Source of the DNA: Rhynchobatus australiae
Taxonomy: Eukaryota
Reading direction: 5' to 3'
Assembly: GCA_034780895.1 (NCBI GenBank)
Contig: JAUZTB010000069.1
Coordinates: forward strand, 18,338,064-18,402,063
DNA length: 64,000 nt
Part shown: piece by piece, positions 63,541-64,000 of the stretch
How the letters are laid out: every line of letters starts with the position of its first letter
Numbering within the stretch: position 1 is the stretch's first letter
The notes under the pieces: model-generated
Databases searched by the model: none
The model's input: the letters and a program-made list of their open reading frames with translations, nothing else
What the model was told of the DNA's origin: nothing
Position numbers and translations under genes: made by a program

Positions 63541-64000
63541 TGAGTGCTCTGCCTCAGCTGTGCTGGGTTTGGCCAAGTTTTGCAGAGAAGGATAGAGACT
63601 GAAAAGCTGGTTCAGCACCAGTGCCATCAGAAATTTGTGCAGGGCAGGGGAATGTTCCGTAGAAGTTTGCCAGTGATAGGGGGTTCAGTGTGAAGGTGGT
63701 TGCTCCACCTACCTATGCTTTCTGGTACCCTTCCACACCAGGTGTGGACATAGAGGAAGATTCAGAAGAGAGTGTGTAATGCAGAAAGAAGGCTGATAAT
63801 CTCTCAGTTTCCCAGGAATCCTAATCTACAGCCATAGCAAACAAAGCCTGTTCATAAAAAAGAACAGCAATACAACTAAACTCTTGGGCTAGCTTTATTC
63901 TGAAGTTTGACACTCTGTGGGTTAAATGATATTAGCTTTACACTTGTCAGAGTGTCTGTCCTAAAGCAGCTTTATGAAATGTAGTCACTGTGGAACAGAG

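Overview
Vertebrate genomic DNA, most likely a cartilaginous fish (inferred from dense CR1 LINEs, HE1/V-SINE-like and Deu-domain SINEs, and Penelope-like pLTR repeats), from a gappy draft assembly. It holds the conserved SNAPC4-ENTR1(SDCCAG3)-PMPCA block. SNAPC4 is on the minus strand with 18 visible coding exons (1717-35937); its first coding exon and one Myb-repeat exon are missing, probably inside N gaps. ENTR1 is on the minus strand (42019-51919, one exon missing). PMPCA exons 1-9 are on the plus strand (52022-63521) and the gene runs off the window. ENTR1 and PMPCA are head-to-head across a ~100 bp CpG-island promoter. Introns contain nested retroelements, a full-length degenerate Tigger/pogo transposon with an internal fold-back, Penelope-derived inverted repeats with degenerate hammerhead-ribozyme cores, and a decayed small transmembrane ORF. 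I see no clear-cut novel system. The best leads are the transmembrane ORF, the hammerhead-like fold-backs, the Tigger hairpin, and a possible ENTR1-SNAPC4 transcriptional coupling. Three apparent lesions in essential exons are most likely assembly artefacts. Comparisons with human proteins and exon sizes are from memory, not from a search.
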